In this document: piece by piece, positions 1 through 9,330 of the stretch
How the letters are laid out: each line of letters starts with the position of its first letter
Position numbering within the stretch: position 1 is the stretch's first letter
NCBI GenBank assembly: GCA_963535155.1
Contig: CAUSVW010000006.1
Span: 3,847 to 67,846, forward strand
Origin: an uncultured Atopobium sp.
Lineage (GTDB): Bacteria > Actinomycetota > Coriobacteriia > Coriobacteriales > Atopobiaceae
DNA length: 64,000 nucleotides
Reading direction: 5' to 3'
Notes under the pieces: generated by a model
Database searches by the model: none
Told to the model about the DNA's origin: nothing
Seen by the model: only the letters and a program-made list of their open reading frames with translations
Translations under genes and position numbers: made by a program

Positions 1-146
1 CGAAGAATCTTCTTCTTATCAGATGCCTGAGGAGTATCAGTGGAGGAAGGATTGCAGCCAGCCAGCATCATAGATGCGCCACCACCAGCCGCTACCATAC
101 CTGATGCCTTCAAAAAATTACGACGGCTTAGTGAGTTCTCCAGCAT
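1..146 (-). CDS. Tat-exported lipoprotein, probably an ABC substrate-binding protein (N-terminus only, runs off the window)
   Basis: Read by hand: MLENSLSRRNFLKASGMVAAGGGASMMLAGCNPSS... It has the twin-arginine motif SRRNFLK, lipobox LAGC and an AAGAAGGG RBS. Not in the ORF track because it is short and truncated. Confidence 0.75.
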   Translation of the reverse strand, partial: MLENSLSRRNFLKASGMVAAGGGASMMLAGCNPSSTDTPQASDKKKIL

Positions 147-457
147 GTTAACCCTTCTTTCTTATTAAAACGATTTATAAGACAACCCTGCTGGGGTCAG
201 ATAACTATACAAAACAATTACCAGCATTTACCTATATATACCTAGGATGAAATAGACATGAAACATTAAATTGCGACGATAACAGCAAAATCTATTTACC
301 TGCACTTTTTGTCTAACCATATAGGAATTACCTATATTGAAACATAAAAATTGACTAAGCATTTTTGGACAGTTGTCCATTTTATCCATAAAAATATTGG
401 CAGGTACCAAAGAGATACCTGCCAATACAAATGCATGTAACGAGAGCACTCTCTGTC

Positions 458-2179
458 TTAGTGCTTACGCTTCATAAGTTCAGCGGCTGTCAAAGCAGCT
501 CCACCCATAACCATAAGAGGCATTACCAGAAGCTCTTCTCCCGTATTAGGAAGCTGTGCTTTCTTCTTCTTTGTCTTCTTCTCTTTTACAGGAGAAGCAG
601 GATTGGAAGGCTCTTCTGGAGCTGGAGTTGGTGTTGGAGTTGGAGTATCAGACTCAACAGTTAGGGTAACCGTCTTTGCTGCCTCGTAGTCATTGCCTGC
701 AGCTGCAGCATTACCATTGAAGTAATAGTAATAGGTGACGGAGTATGCACCTGAAGTCTTAGAAATCTCTTCTGCCTTCTGAGCAACAGTTGCTGCATCC
801 ATTGTTGCTGTATCAAGTACAACTGTACCGCTCTGATCAACAACCTTAACGCGAGCGTCAGCAGAACCAGCAGCAGGGGTAACCTGACCAGCGCTGTGAT
901 CAACCATAGCATCAAGGTTATCAAGAATAGTCCAGGAATCCTGGTTAGCGGTAATAGTGCTGTCGTGTGCCGTGACTACCTGCCTAAGCTCTGTATAAAG
1001 AGGAGTAATAACGCCATTGTTAAGATCAAGCTCATCAGTTGAGTTCTCAGAAGCATTGATGACAAGGTTGCCGCTAGAAAGAGAAGTGTACGAATACTCC
1101 TGATACACATCATCAGTAAGGTCATTATCAACAGCAAGCTGCCAGCCAGGAAGATTGAGGTACAGTCCCCTATTGGAATTTCCAGTATGAACTGAATAGC
1201 CATAATCCCTCATGGCATTCTTAATGTTGGTCAAATCAATGTAGTACGCACCGCCGGTATACAGAGCATCGTTCTCCGTTGCGCTGTGGCGATCTTCATA
1301 CAGGATATTGTCAACGTGAATATCACTTGCAGAAATAGTTGGCATGTAATTCCACTCGTCCTGTGGGATAGCGTAATAGCTACCGTCAGGCCTAATAATT
1401 ACGCCCAGATATTTCTTATTGCTGCTAAGAATGGAATTGTTTGTTCCCTCTTCCAAAACCTGCCTTGCAAACCTGACTGAAACACGAGGGTTTCCGTAAG
1501 AGGTTCTGTGATCAAGCAGATACTGGGTAAGACCCACATAGTTGGTACCGTACAGATTGAGAGTAGAGCCATTGGTAAGTGTCAGAGGAACGGTAAGTGT
1601 AATGGTTTCACCAGCAGCCAGGGTACCAGAAATAGAAATGGAACGCATCTCAGCATTGTCCTGACCAGCTGCCTGGTATGCAGCATAAGCATTAGCTGCA
1701 GGCTGAGAGCCAGAACCACCGTTCAGTCCACTAATGTTCAGGTTAATTGCAGTTGCTGTATTAGTTGATGAGAAGGTAAATCCAGTTGCACGCAAATCAG
1801 GATTAGGGCTTGAGCTGACATAGTAAGTAAGTGGCAGCTGCATAACCTCGTTTACAGAAACTGGAGATGAAGAGATGTTGGTAATCTTTACCACTGCCTG
1901 CAGATTCTGATACTTATCAATATCTACAATGGAGCGGTTCATCTGAGTGGTGTCATTATCCTTATAAGCGTAGTTAGATGTCTGACCAGAAGCATCTGTA
2001 AAGTAAATAGAACGCTCAATAAGGCCGTCTGCACTCACAGATGGAGACACGTTAGTAGTAGTGCCGTTATAGAACGAATTGTTACTTGCAGCGTATGCAA
2101 TATTTGGCATAAAGATTAAAGCTGCCAAAAATGCAAACATAACAGCAAGAAAACTGCGGCCCTGCATCTTTGATGTCAT
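458..2179 (-). CDS. LPXTG sortase-anchored surface protein
   Basis: Signal peptide ending AYA, PT/PAP-rich linker, LPNTG followed by a hydrophobic segment and KRKH tail; GGAGG RBS. Confidence 0.85.
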   Translation of the reverse strand: MTSKMQGRSFLAVMFAFLAALIFMPNIAYAASNNSFYNGTTTNVSPSVSADGLIERSIYFTDASGQTSNYAYKDNDTTQMNRSIVDIDKYQNLQAVVKITNISSSPVSVNEVMQLPLTYYVSSSPNPDLRATGFTFSSTNTATAINLNISGLNGGSGSQPAANAYAAYQAAGQDNAEMRSISISGTLAAGETITLTVPLTLTNGSTLNLYGTNYVGLTQYLLDHRTSYGNPRVSVRFARQVLEEGTNNSILSSNKKYLGVIIRPDGSYYAIPQDEWNYMPTISASDIHVDNILYEDRHSATENDALYTGGAYYIDLTNIKNAMRDYGYSVHTGNSNRGLYLNLPGWQLAVDNDLTDDVYQEYSYTSLSSGNLVINASENSTDELDLNNGVITPLYTELRQVVTAHDSTITANQDSWTILDNLDAMVDHSAGQVTPAAGSADARVKVVDQSGTVVLDTATMDAATVAQKAEEISKTSGAYSVTYYYYFNGNAAAAGNDYEAAKTVTLTVESDTPTPTPTPAPEEPSNPASPVKEKKTKKKKAQLPNTGEELLVMPLMVMGGAALTAAELMKRKH

Positions 2180-2266
2180 AGGCGTATTCCTCCTCAGAAT
2201 AAAAACTTAGCGTTATATTTTCGCATTAACACCCTGTTGAAGGAATGGAGATATTTGTTACTTACA

Positions 2267-2300
2267 TAAAAAGAGACGTCATCTTTCGATGACGTCTCTT
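2267..2300 (-). terminator. Intrinsic terminator downstream of rpsA
   Basis: 13-bp perfect stem AAGAGACGTCATC/GATGACGTCTCTT followed by a U tract on the minus strand. Confidence 0.85.
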
Positions 2301-2327
2301 GACAAATCTCTAGATGCGCAAAGTGCT

Positions 2328-3572
2328 CTACTCTGCAGCCTCTTCGGTTGCCTGTGCGTTAGCCTCAGACTCAACAAGGTGAGCCTCAAGATCAGCCTCA
2401 GCCTCAGCTGCTGCTGCCTCTGCTGCTGCACGCTCCTCCTCTGGAAGTGGAGTGACCTCAATGTCAATGCCAAGGGTCTCTGCAGCTGCCTTCATAGACA
2501 GGGAGATGCGACGACGGTCAAGATCAATCTCCATGACCTTTACCTGTACAACGTCGCCAACCTTGCAGACCTGAGATGGAGCAGTAACGTGCTGCTTAGC
2601 CATCTCGGAGATGTGGACGAGGCCCTCAACGCCGTTGCCAAGGTCAACAAATGCACCGAAGGTAACAAGCTTGGTGACAGTGCCCTCGATGATAGCGTCA
2701 ACTGGGTACTTGGAAACAAGTACACGCCATGGATCCTCGGAAGTCTGCTTAAGACCAAGGGAGATACGCTCACGGTTAAGGTCAACGTCGAGAACCTGAA
2801 CCTCAACCTCCTGGCCAACCTTAACAACCTCAGATGGGTGGTTAACGTGGTTCCAAGAAAGCTCGGAAATGTGAACCAGGCCGTCAATGCCGCCAAGGTC
2901 AACAAATGCACCAAACTCAACGATGGAGGAAACAGTACCCTTGAGCTTCATGCCAACCTGGAGCTTGCCCAGGATGTCCTGACGCTCTGCCTTACGAGCC
3001 TCCTCAAGAACAATACGGCGAGAAAGAACAACGTTGTTGCGGTTGCGATCCATCTCGATAACACGAGCCTCAATACGAGTGCCCATGAATGCACCAAGAT
3101 CCTTGACACGACGGAGGTCAACAAGGGATGCAGGCAGGAAGCCACGGAGGCCAATGTCAAGAATCAGGCCGCCCTTAACAACCTCGATAACCTCGCCCTC
3201 AACGGTCTCACCAGCGTTGAACTTATCCTCAACTGCCTTCCAAGCACGCTCGTACTCAGCACGCTTCTTGGAGAGAACCAGACGGCCCTCTTTGTCCTCT
3301 TTCTGGAGAACAAGAGCCTCGACGTCCTCACCCAGGGAGATGACCTCTGCAGGGTTAACGTCTTTACGAATAGAAAGCTCACGAGCAGGAATAACGCCCT
3401 CAGACTTGTAGCCAATGTCTACGAGGACCTCATCGCGCTCAATCTTGACGACGGTGCCGTTGACAAGATCTCCCTCATCAAAGTCGGTGACAGTGCCGTC
3501 GATCAGGCTGTTCATTTCCTCATCGGAAATTTCATCCAAAGAGAAGATGGACGAGTTCTGAATCTCACTCAA
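2328..3572 (-). CDS. rpsA: 30S ribosomal protein S1
   Basis: Four S1 repeats (GTVVKI..VLVDIGYKSEG, FGAFVDLGGIDGLVHISELS, GVEGLVHISEM); TTG start. Confidence 0.97.
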   Translation of the reverse strand: MSEIQNSSIFSLDEISDEEMNSLIDGTVTDFDEGDLVNGTVVKIERDEVLVDIGYKSEGVIPARELSIRKDVNPAEVISLGEDVEALVLQKEDKEGRLVLSKKRAEYERAWKAVEDKFNAGETVEGEVIEVVKGGLILDIGLRGFLPASLVDLRRVKDLGAFMGTRIEARVIEMDRNRNNVVLSRRIVLEEARKAERQDILGKLQVGMKLKGTVSSIVEFGAFVDLGGIDGLVHISELSWNHVNHPSEVVKVGQEVEVQVLDVDLNRERISLGLKQTSEDPWRVLVSKYPVDAIIEGTVTKLVTFGAFVDLGNGVEGLVHISEMAKQHVTAPSQVCKVGDVVQVKVMEIDLDRRRISLSMKAAAETLGIDIEVTPLPEEERAAAEAAAAEAEADLEAHLVESEANAQATEEAAE

Positions 3573-3715
3573 AGGTGGACCCCTTCCAAAACGGGGCCCC
3601 GGTCAACATGGTTGCTGCCAGAGTGCCAATACGTGGGCTTCTCTACTCGGAAACTTACATGCTCTCGGGGGCCAACAGATACAGTGCATAGCTTGACGCC
3701 ATACGGGCAATAGGA

Positions 3716-3754
3716 TAGCGCTCTTCGGCTGATTAAACAAGCCAAAGAGCGCTA
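3716..3754 (-). terminator. Probable terminator hairpin after the HMA-domain gene
   Basis: TAGCGCTCTT...AAGAGCGCTA inverted repeat. Confidence 0.55.
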
Positions 3755-3827
3755 CTTTGCACAGCTATTACGCAAGTTTTACAAAATTTCTTCAAAGTTT
3801 GTTTCTTGCGAGAAGATCTTGTTGTGC

Positions 3828-4220
3828 TTACGCACGAAGACGGTAGCCTTCTTTCTCTACGGCAGCTCGGTACGCATCGACATCAATTGGATTTTTGCTG
3901 AGGATACGTGCCTGACCACCAGCTAGAGTAACCTGCGCCCATGTTCCCTCAATACTATCGAGAGCTCGAGTCACATGATTGACGCAGTTCTGGCAAGTCA
4001 TACCACCAATCTCAAATGTTTGAACATAAGGGTAATGAGATTCATCTTTGTCTTCTGGACCATCTGCAGCAGAAACCTGCTCTGTGTTACAGGTAGTAAC
4101 ACCTGTTCCTTCATCAGAGCAGCAGCCTTTTTTACCTGCAGCAATTCCGTAAACACGATAAACCGCAAAACCGCAAAGCGCTACAACAGCAAGAATAACA
4201 ATGATATTGATTGGTGACAT
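3828..4220 (-). CDS. Membrane-anchored heavy-metal-associated (HMA) domain protein with a Cys-rich N-terminal part
   Basis: N-terminal TM helix followed by KKGCC (like FeoB-associated Cys-rich proteins); GMTCQNC HMA motif. Confidence 0.85.
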   Translation of the reverse strand: MSPINIIVILAVVALCGFAVYRVYGIAAGKKGCCSDEGTGVTTCNTEQVSAADGPEDKDESHYPYVQTFEIGGMTCQNCVNHVTRALDSIEGTWAQVTLAGGQARILSKNPIDVDAYRAAVEKEGYRLRA

Positions 4221-4329
4221 ACAAACTTCCCTTCTGTTGCTGTTTTACTACCCATCATTTTCTAGATTATTCAAAAAAATGATGTTTTTCTCGCCAAATT
4301 TTTCAGCAACAGCAAAATCGTAATGCAGC

Positions 4330-4734
4330 TTAAGCAGAAAGCTTTGCACCAAGGCCGCGAAGAGCCTCAAGAGCATCGTCATCTGGCTCAAGGTTGCAGA
4401 TAAAAGTCTCAACAACGTTGACACCCTCTGCTTCAGCATTCTGCTTCCAAGTCTCCATCCAGTCGCCGGTTCCCCAGTCGTAAGAACCAAAGAGAGCGGT
4501 TGGCTTCTGACCAAGCTTGCCAGCGCAATCGTTGAAGAGCTCCTCAAAATCAGGATCAAGCTCCTCGTCACCCATAGCAGGGCAACCAAAAGCAAATGCA
4601 TCGTACTGATCGCACATATCTGCAGAGAACTCAGAAGACTCAATAGCCTCGGTGTCTGCAGCACTTGCAAGCTCTTTTGCCATTGCCTCAGTATTGCCCG
4701 TCATGGACCAATACACAACTGCTACTTTACTCAT
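4330..4734 (-). CDS. Flavodoxin (short chain)
   Basis: YWSMTGNTE FMN loop, FGCPAMGDE, FGSYDWG. Confidence 0.95.
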   Translation of the reverse strand: MSKVAVVYWSMTGNTEAMAKELASAADTEAIESSEFSADMCDQYDAFAFGCPAMGDEELDPDFEELFNDCAGKLGQKPTALFGSYDWGTGDWMETWKQNAEAEGVNVVETFICNLEPDDDALEALRGLGAKLSA

Positions 4735-4818
4735 ACATTTCCTCCTTCTGTGTCCAGGCTCCCCCTGGAAAACTACACATTACTTTCAATACCTCAACAA
4801 GAAATCCAAGCACACCCC

Positions 4819-5565
4819 TTATGCAACCTGGCGTTTCTTGGTATTGCCATACGATGAGAGAATCTGCGCTAAAGATTCCCCTTGATAAAAACGATGCTTG
4901 CACTGATCTTCTGCATCTTTAAGTCTCTCGAGACGCAGGCGAGTTTCTTCCGTGTTGTCATAGACTTTCCAAGCACCAGTAAAAAGCTCAGACTGTCCAT
5001 TCATAAAGCCCTGAACATCAGCAAGTGGATAGCCCAGTACCAGTCCAATCTCGTGCGGAAACGCAGCTTTTCTTGCATGAAAAGCAAAAATTCTTGAACG
5101 CATGCTCTTCATCAACGCCTGCACTGACTCAGTGGAATGGCCAAAGGCAGCCAGAAACTCACGGTGCTCTGATTTGGCGAGAATATCCTCAATAAGCTCA
5201 GGTCTATAGGCAACAAACGTCACCTTTCCGCCAGAAATAGCAGAGGTAGCAAGGAGCGTTACCCCAAACAGTGAGAGCTCGTGAGTAGCGTTGCATAGAA
5301 ATGACCTCAACGTTGGATCAGTGCAGACAAGGCTTGCACAAGAGCTACAAGACTTATGAGAAGCAAATGAAAAGAGCGCAGCCGGCTTAACGTGAGCAAT
5401 AACACCAGCAGCACAGCGAACAAATGTTGTTGCAAAATCGTGACAGAGCTCGGGAGTATACGCTCTCTCACCCTCATTGAATGCAGACTTTTTATCAGCG
5501 GAATATGCATAGGGAGAAGGAACGTCTAGGAGCGATGAATTCTCAAAAGAAGTAAGACAATCCAT
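4819..5565 (-). CDS. DUF3793 family protein
   Basis: CAAGVIAHVKPAALF and FPHEIGLVLGYPLADVQGF..WKVY motifs; typical position upstream of flavodoxin. Confidence 0.8.
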   Translation of the reverse strand: MDCLTSFENSSLLDVPSPYAYSADKKSAFNEGERAYTPELCHDFATTFVRCAAGVIAHVKPAALFSFASHKSCSSCASLVCTDPTLRSFLCNATHELSLFGVTLLATSAISGGKVTFVAYRPELIEDILAKSEHREFLAAFGHSTESVQALMKSMRSRIFAFHARKAAFPHEIGLVLGYPLADVQGFMNGQSELFTGAWKVYDNTEETRLRLERLKDAEDQCKHRFYQGESLAQILSSYGNTKKRQVA

Positions 5566-5584
5566 ACCGTACTTGCTCCCTTCT

Positions 5585-5729
5585 TAAAAATGCGCCGCCG
5601 ACTAAAAGGGAGCCGACGGCGCCTGGATTCCGGACCCTTGGAGAGGGGAAAGGTTCCGGGCTGATAAAGTAAATTTGTTAGAACTAGCACCTGTTACATA
5701 AATCCTTAACAAGTTAACCTTTTCTAACT
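5585..5729 (-). ncRNA. Candidate metal-regulated sRNA or leader RNA (copy 1) with a CCCUCUCC loop and terminator
   Basis: Promoter TTGCAA-16-TACACT; hairpin CCGGAACCTT-[TCCCCTCTCC]-AAGGGTCCGG; GC-rich terminator followed by AUUUUU. Confidence 0.5.
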
Positions 5730-5763
5730 ATCTAAAGTGTAAGCCTTAGCTAACTAATTGCAA
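5712..5763 (-). promoter_or_regulatory. Sigma-A-type promoter overlapped by two palindromic metal-repressor (DtxR/MntR-like) boxes
   Basis: -35 TTGCAA (5763-5758), -10 TACACT (5741-5736); boxes AGTTAACCTTTTCTAACT (5712-5729) and TGTAAGCCTTAGCTAACT (5738-5755). Confidence 0.6.
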
Positions 5764-5796
5764 GTAATAAACCAAAATATTTTTACTTTTTGACAG

Positions 5797-5834
5797 AAAA
5801 AAGCCCCTGTCTCTTTTTGTAAGAAACAGGAGCT
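5797..5834 (-). terminator. Terminator after the P-type ATPase gene
   Basis: Imperfect stem AAGCCCCTGT...ACAGGAGCTT with a U tract on the minus strand. Confidence 0.6.
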
Positions 5835-5878
5835 TATAGGTAAATCTATTTGCCGCTTAGCTATACCAAGAAGTACTT

Positions 5879-8047
5879 CTAGACAGCTTGCCCATCTGTC
5901 AGAAGCATTTTTACCTCAGAAGGAACATTAGGGTTATGAGCTGCAGTGGTAAGCAGTGACCTTGTGTTTGCAAGCGTTACCATAAGTGTCAGAAGATTGT
6001 GCATATATGCAGCAGCACTTACGGTAATAAGACCTGCAACGCCTGCAGCAATGAAAGAGCTGTTCAGCGCAACAATTGTGCGATAGTCGGCGTGAATCCT
6101 CTTCATTACCTGCTGGCCTAAAAGACGCATGATTACCAGCGATTCAAGCGAATCATTCTTAATCGAAATATCCGCAACTGCGCGAGCAATATCAGTTGCA
6201 TCAGACAGAGCCAGTGAAACATCAGATACGGCTAGTGCAGGTGAATCGTTAATACCATCGCCTACCATTGCAACGGTGTAGCCCTCCTGCTGGAACTTCT
6301 TAACATACTCGCACTTATCCTCTGGGAGAATCTGTGCCACATAGTCATCAAGACCAAGCTTCTTAGCAACACTTGCTGCAACGTTTTCTGAGTCGCCAGT
6401 CAACATAACCATACGCTTAACACCAAGAGCACGGAGCTGCGTAATAGTTGCTGCTGCATCTTCCCTTACAGGATCGGTAATACAAATTGCTGCAATAAGT
6501 TTTGAATCCTCGGACATAAAGATAATGGACGAGGTTGGAGCAATCTGTGCAAGGTCGTCTTGAATTCCCTCGGGCATTGGGGTCTTCTCGTCATCAAAAA
6601 TGAAGTGAGCTGAGCCAATGCAGACCTCTTTGTCGTTAACCTTGGTACGAATACCGTGAGCAACAACATACTTAACCTCTGCGTGGAACTCGTCATTGTG
6701 CTTGAGGCCACGTACCTTTGCCTCGTTCACAATTGCTCGAGCCATGCTGTGTGGGAAGTGCTCCTCAATACATGCAGCAAGACGCAGAAGCTGGTCCTCG
6801 GTGCGACCACAGAAGCTGACAATGCACTCAACATGTGGAACTGCCTTTGTCAGCGTACCGGTCTTATCAAAGACGATAAGATCAGCCGCAGCGATCTTCT
6901 CGAGGTATTTTCCGCCCTTAACCGTCATGCCAAACTTAGCTGCCTCATCCATTGCGCTACCCACTGCAACAGGAGTGGAAAGCTTAATGGCGCAGGAATA
7001 GTCAACCATAAGAACGGTCATAGCCTTAGTGATGTTTCGGGTAATGCCCCAAATACCAAAGAAGGCGAGGAAGCTGTAAGGAACCAATGCATCAGAAAGG
7101 CGCTCTGCCTTAGACTGTGCGCCAGCCTTAAGCTCAGCAGACTGCTCAACCATATCAACAATATTGTCGATACGAGACATTCCTGGAGGAGCAGTGACGC
7201 TTACCATAAGGTCACCGTCTTCAAGGGCGGTGCCTGCGTAAACGGTTGAACCAGGCTCTTTGGTAACAAGGCGAGACTCACCTGTCATGGCGGCCTCGTT
7301 CATCTGGCCAATGCCTTCAACAACTTTGCCGTCAACAGGAAGAACGCCACCAGCGCGCTGGTGCAAAATCATACCCTTCTCAACCTCAGAAAGGGCAATC
7401 ATAACGTCCTTGCCGTCAATACGAGCCCAGACGTTCTCAGAACGAGTAATTAGGCCATCACGAAGTGCAAGACGTGCTCGGCTTGCCACGTGGTTCTCCA
7501 TAGCAGCAGACAGCTCAAGCAAGAACATGACGGTAGAAGCATCTGCCCACTCATTCCTCAGAATAGAAGTGGTAATTGCAGTTGCATCCAAAACCTCAAC
7601 AGTAAGTTCTTTCTTGAGAAGGCGCTTAACGCCTTCTACGACAAATGGAATTGCACGGAGAATGACATAGGTGTAGTTAGCAACTGCAGGCAGTGGCAAA
7701 AAACGTATAATCCAGCGGCGTGCGAATGTGGTCACAACCTCCATCTGGAAGCGATTGTTCTCAAGAGCCATCTCAATTGAGCTACAGAAGTCCTCAAGAC
7801 CTGCCTCTTCTTCTCGTGGCAAGTTCAAGACATCAAAAGCGCCAACAGCCGCAAGTACCTGATCTCTCTTGAGAGGGTCAAACCTTAGCAAGAGAGAACC
7901 GTTTGCCATGTGAACTTCAGCGTGACGAACTCCGTCAACACGCATCAGCTCATAAGAAATACCACGGGCTTCAGCCTCATCAATATGACCCAGGTCGCAT
8001 TTTGCACGAATGCGACCTGAGATTTCATTAGTAATTGTAAAGCGCAT
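5879..8047 (-). CDS. Heavy-metal-translocating P1B-type ATPase (SCA motif type)
   Basis: TGES, DYSCA transmembrane motif, DKTGTLT phosphorylation site, HFPH, GDGINDSPAL. Confidence 0.93.
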   Translation of the reverse strand: MRFTITNEISGRIRAKCDLGHIDEAEARGISYELMRVDGVRHAEVHMANGSLLLRFDPLKRDQVLAAVGAFDVLNLPREEEAGLEDFCSSIEMALENNRFQMEVVTTFARRWIIRFLPLPAVANYTYVILRAIPFVVEGVKRLLKKELTVEVLDATAITTSILRNEWADASTVMFLLELSAAMENHVASRARLALRDGLITRSENVWARIDGKDVMIALSEVEKGMILHQRAGGVLPVDGKVVEGIGQMNEAAMTGESRLVTKEPGSTVYAGTALEDGDLMVSVTAPPGMSRIDNIVDMVEQSAELKAGAQSKAERLSDALVPYSFLAFFGIWGITRNITKAMTVLMVDYSCAIKLSTPVAVGSAMDEAAKFGMTVKGGKYLEKIAAADLIVFDKTGTLTKAVPHVECIVSFCGRTEDQLLRLAACIEEHFPHSMARAIVNEAKVRGLKHNDEFHAEVKYVVAHGIRTKVNDKEVCIGSAHFIFDDEKTPMPEGIQDDLAQIAPTSSIIFMSEDSKLIAAICITDPVREDAAATITQLRALGVKRMVMLTGDSENVAASVAKKLGLDDYVAQILPEDKCEYVKKFQQEGYTVAMVGDGINDSPALAVSDVSLALSDATDIARAVADISIKNDSLESLVIMRLLGQQVMKRIHADYRTIVALNSSFIAAGVAGLITVSAAAYMHNLLTLMVTLANTRSLLTTAAHNPNVPSEVKMLLTDGQAV

Positions 8048-8050
8048 GAA

Positions 8051-8353
8051 TTATGCCTGTGCGCCCTCTGCGTCGACCTGCTTGGTAACCTCAGCGCGGA
8101 TACCCTCCTCGAGTTCAGCAAGGCGAGCGCGAACTGCAGCGTCAATCTTGGACTCACGGCGAGCCTCTGCGACAACGTCGTTAGCCTCGTCAACAACATT
8201 CTGAGTCTCTGCGGAAACGCGGTCAGTTACGCGAAGACCACATGCAGTTGCCTTGACAGCTGCCTTGTGAAGAGTGCCGTTAGAAGCAAGACCAGCAACA
8301 ACGCCAGCAAGTGCAGCGCCACCGGCTGCGAGACACCAATTGTTCAGTTTCAT
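8051..8353 (-). CDS. Small DUF6110/DUF1490-like accessory protein of the metal ATPase
   Basis: N-terminal Gly/Ala hydrophobic helix, HKAAVKATACGLR, coiled-coil C-terminus; 3 bp upstream of the ATPase. Confidence 0.65.
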   Translation of the reverse strand: MKLNNWCLAAGGAALAGVVAGLASNGTLHKAAVKATACGLRVTDRVSAETQNVVDEANDVVAEARRESKIDAAVRARLAELEEGIRAEVTKQVDAEGAQA

Positions 8354-8645
8354 AAAAATCCCCCATCTGCTTTTTGCAAATTAATCGGTTAATGACATAT
8401 TGAAGATACGGGTTTTTTGACGAGAAAACAAGTGAAAATCATTACTAATTGGTTATCCTAATGAAACAATTGTACACAAGTAATTTCTTACCTGCGAAAA
8501 CGTTTCCTATGGTTAGCCATGGTGTACATATAAATTTTGTGAAGAAGCTGCTCTAAGGCGTTACTTAAATATTTGATATCATGTTCATTTGGATTAACAA
8601 ATTAATGAAACATAACACCTCCTCTGTGCTCATACTATGAAATTT

Positions 8646-8661
8646 AAATTGTACACAATTT
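8646..8661 (+). promoter_or_regulatory. OhrR-type operator
   Basis: Palindrome AAATTGT-AC-ACAATTT resembling the ACAATT/AATTGT OhrR site, upstream of the peroxidase-ohrR genes. Confidence 0.6.
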
Positions 8662-8754
8662 ATTTGTGTTAAGCTAATCCAAACGGGGTACACTACCCAA
8701 TACACAAAGCCATCCAATGCTTCGAACAATCCGCGGCTCGTTGAAAGGAACATC

Positions 8755-9309
8755 ATGGCAAACACCAACATCTATGACCTCTCCGTAGAAGAGCGTGACG
8801 GCTCCGTAACTTCCCTCTCCTCTTTTGATGGAAAGGTTCTTCTGATTGTCAACACTGCAACTGGCTGCGGCTTTACCCCACAGTATGAGGATCTTGAGCG
8901 CATTTACGCTGCTTATAAAGATCAAGGCTTTGAGATTTTAGACTTCCCTTGCAATCAGTTTGCAGATCAGGCCCCAGAGTCCGATGAAGAGATTCACCAA
9001 TTCTGCACTATGAAGTTTGGTACTACTTTCCCACAGTTCAAGAAGGGCGACGTCAACGGAGAGAATGCAAATCCTCTTTTTGCGCGCCTTGCAACCGCCT
9101 TCCCCTTCCAGGGCTTTGGCAAGGGTATCAAAGCTCTTGCGTTAGAGAAATTTGCAAAAGCAAACAACAAGAAGTTTGGTGACAAAGCCTACATTATGTG
9201 GAACTTTACTAAGTTCCTTGTAGACCGCCAGGGAAACGTTGTTGCACGCTTTGAGCCAACCACCGATATGGCAGAAGTTGAGTCTGCAATTAAAGACCTA
9301 CTTGCGTAA
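8755..9309 (+). CDS. Glutathione peroxidase family protein
   Basis: VNTATGCGFTPQY, DFPCNQF, WNFTKFLVDR. Confidence 0.95.
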   Translation: MANTNIYDLSVEERDGSVTSLSSFDGKVLLIVNTATGCGFTPQYEDLERIYAAYKDQGFEILDFPCNQFADQAPESDEEIHQFCTMKFGTTFPQFKKGDVNGENANPLFARLATAFPFQGFGKGIKALALEKFAKANNKKFGDKAYIMWNFTKFLVDRQGNVVARFEPTTDMAEVESAIKDLLA

Positions 9310-9330
9310 GGCGAGAGGACCGATTTACTC

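Noticed and set aside
2289..3713. 474-aa plus-strand ORF antisense to rpsA
   Set aside because: Shadow ORF produced by the codon bias of a highly expressed gene; no RBS or recognisable motifs
5695..5708. AAGGA-ttt-ATG-TAA start-stop element on the minus strand in the copy-1 leader
   Set aside because: Not present in copy 2 and easily arises by chance; cannot be supported without ribosome profiling
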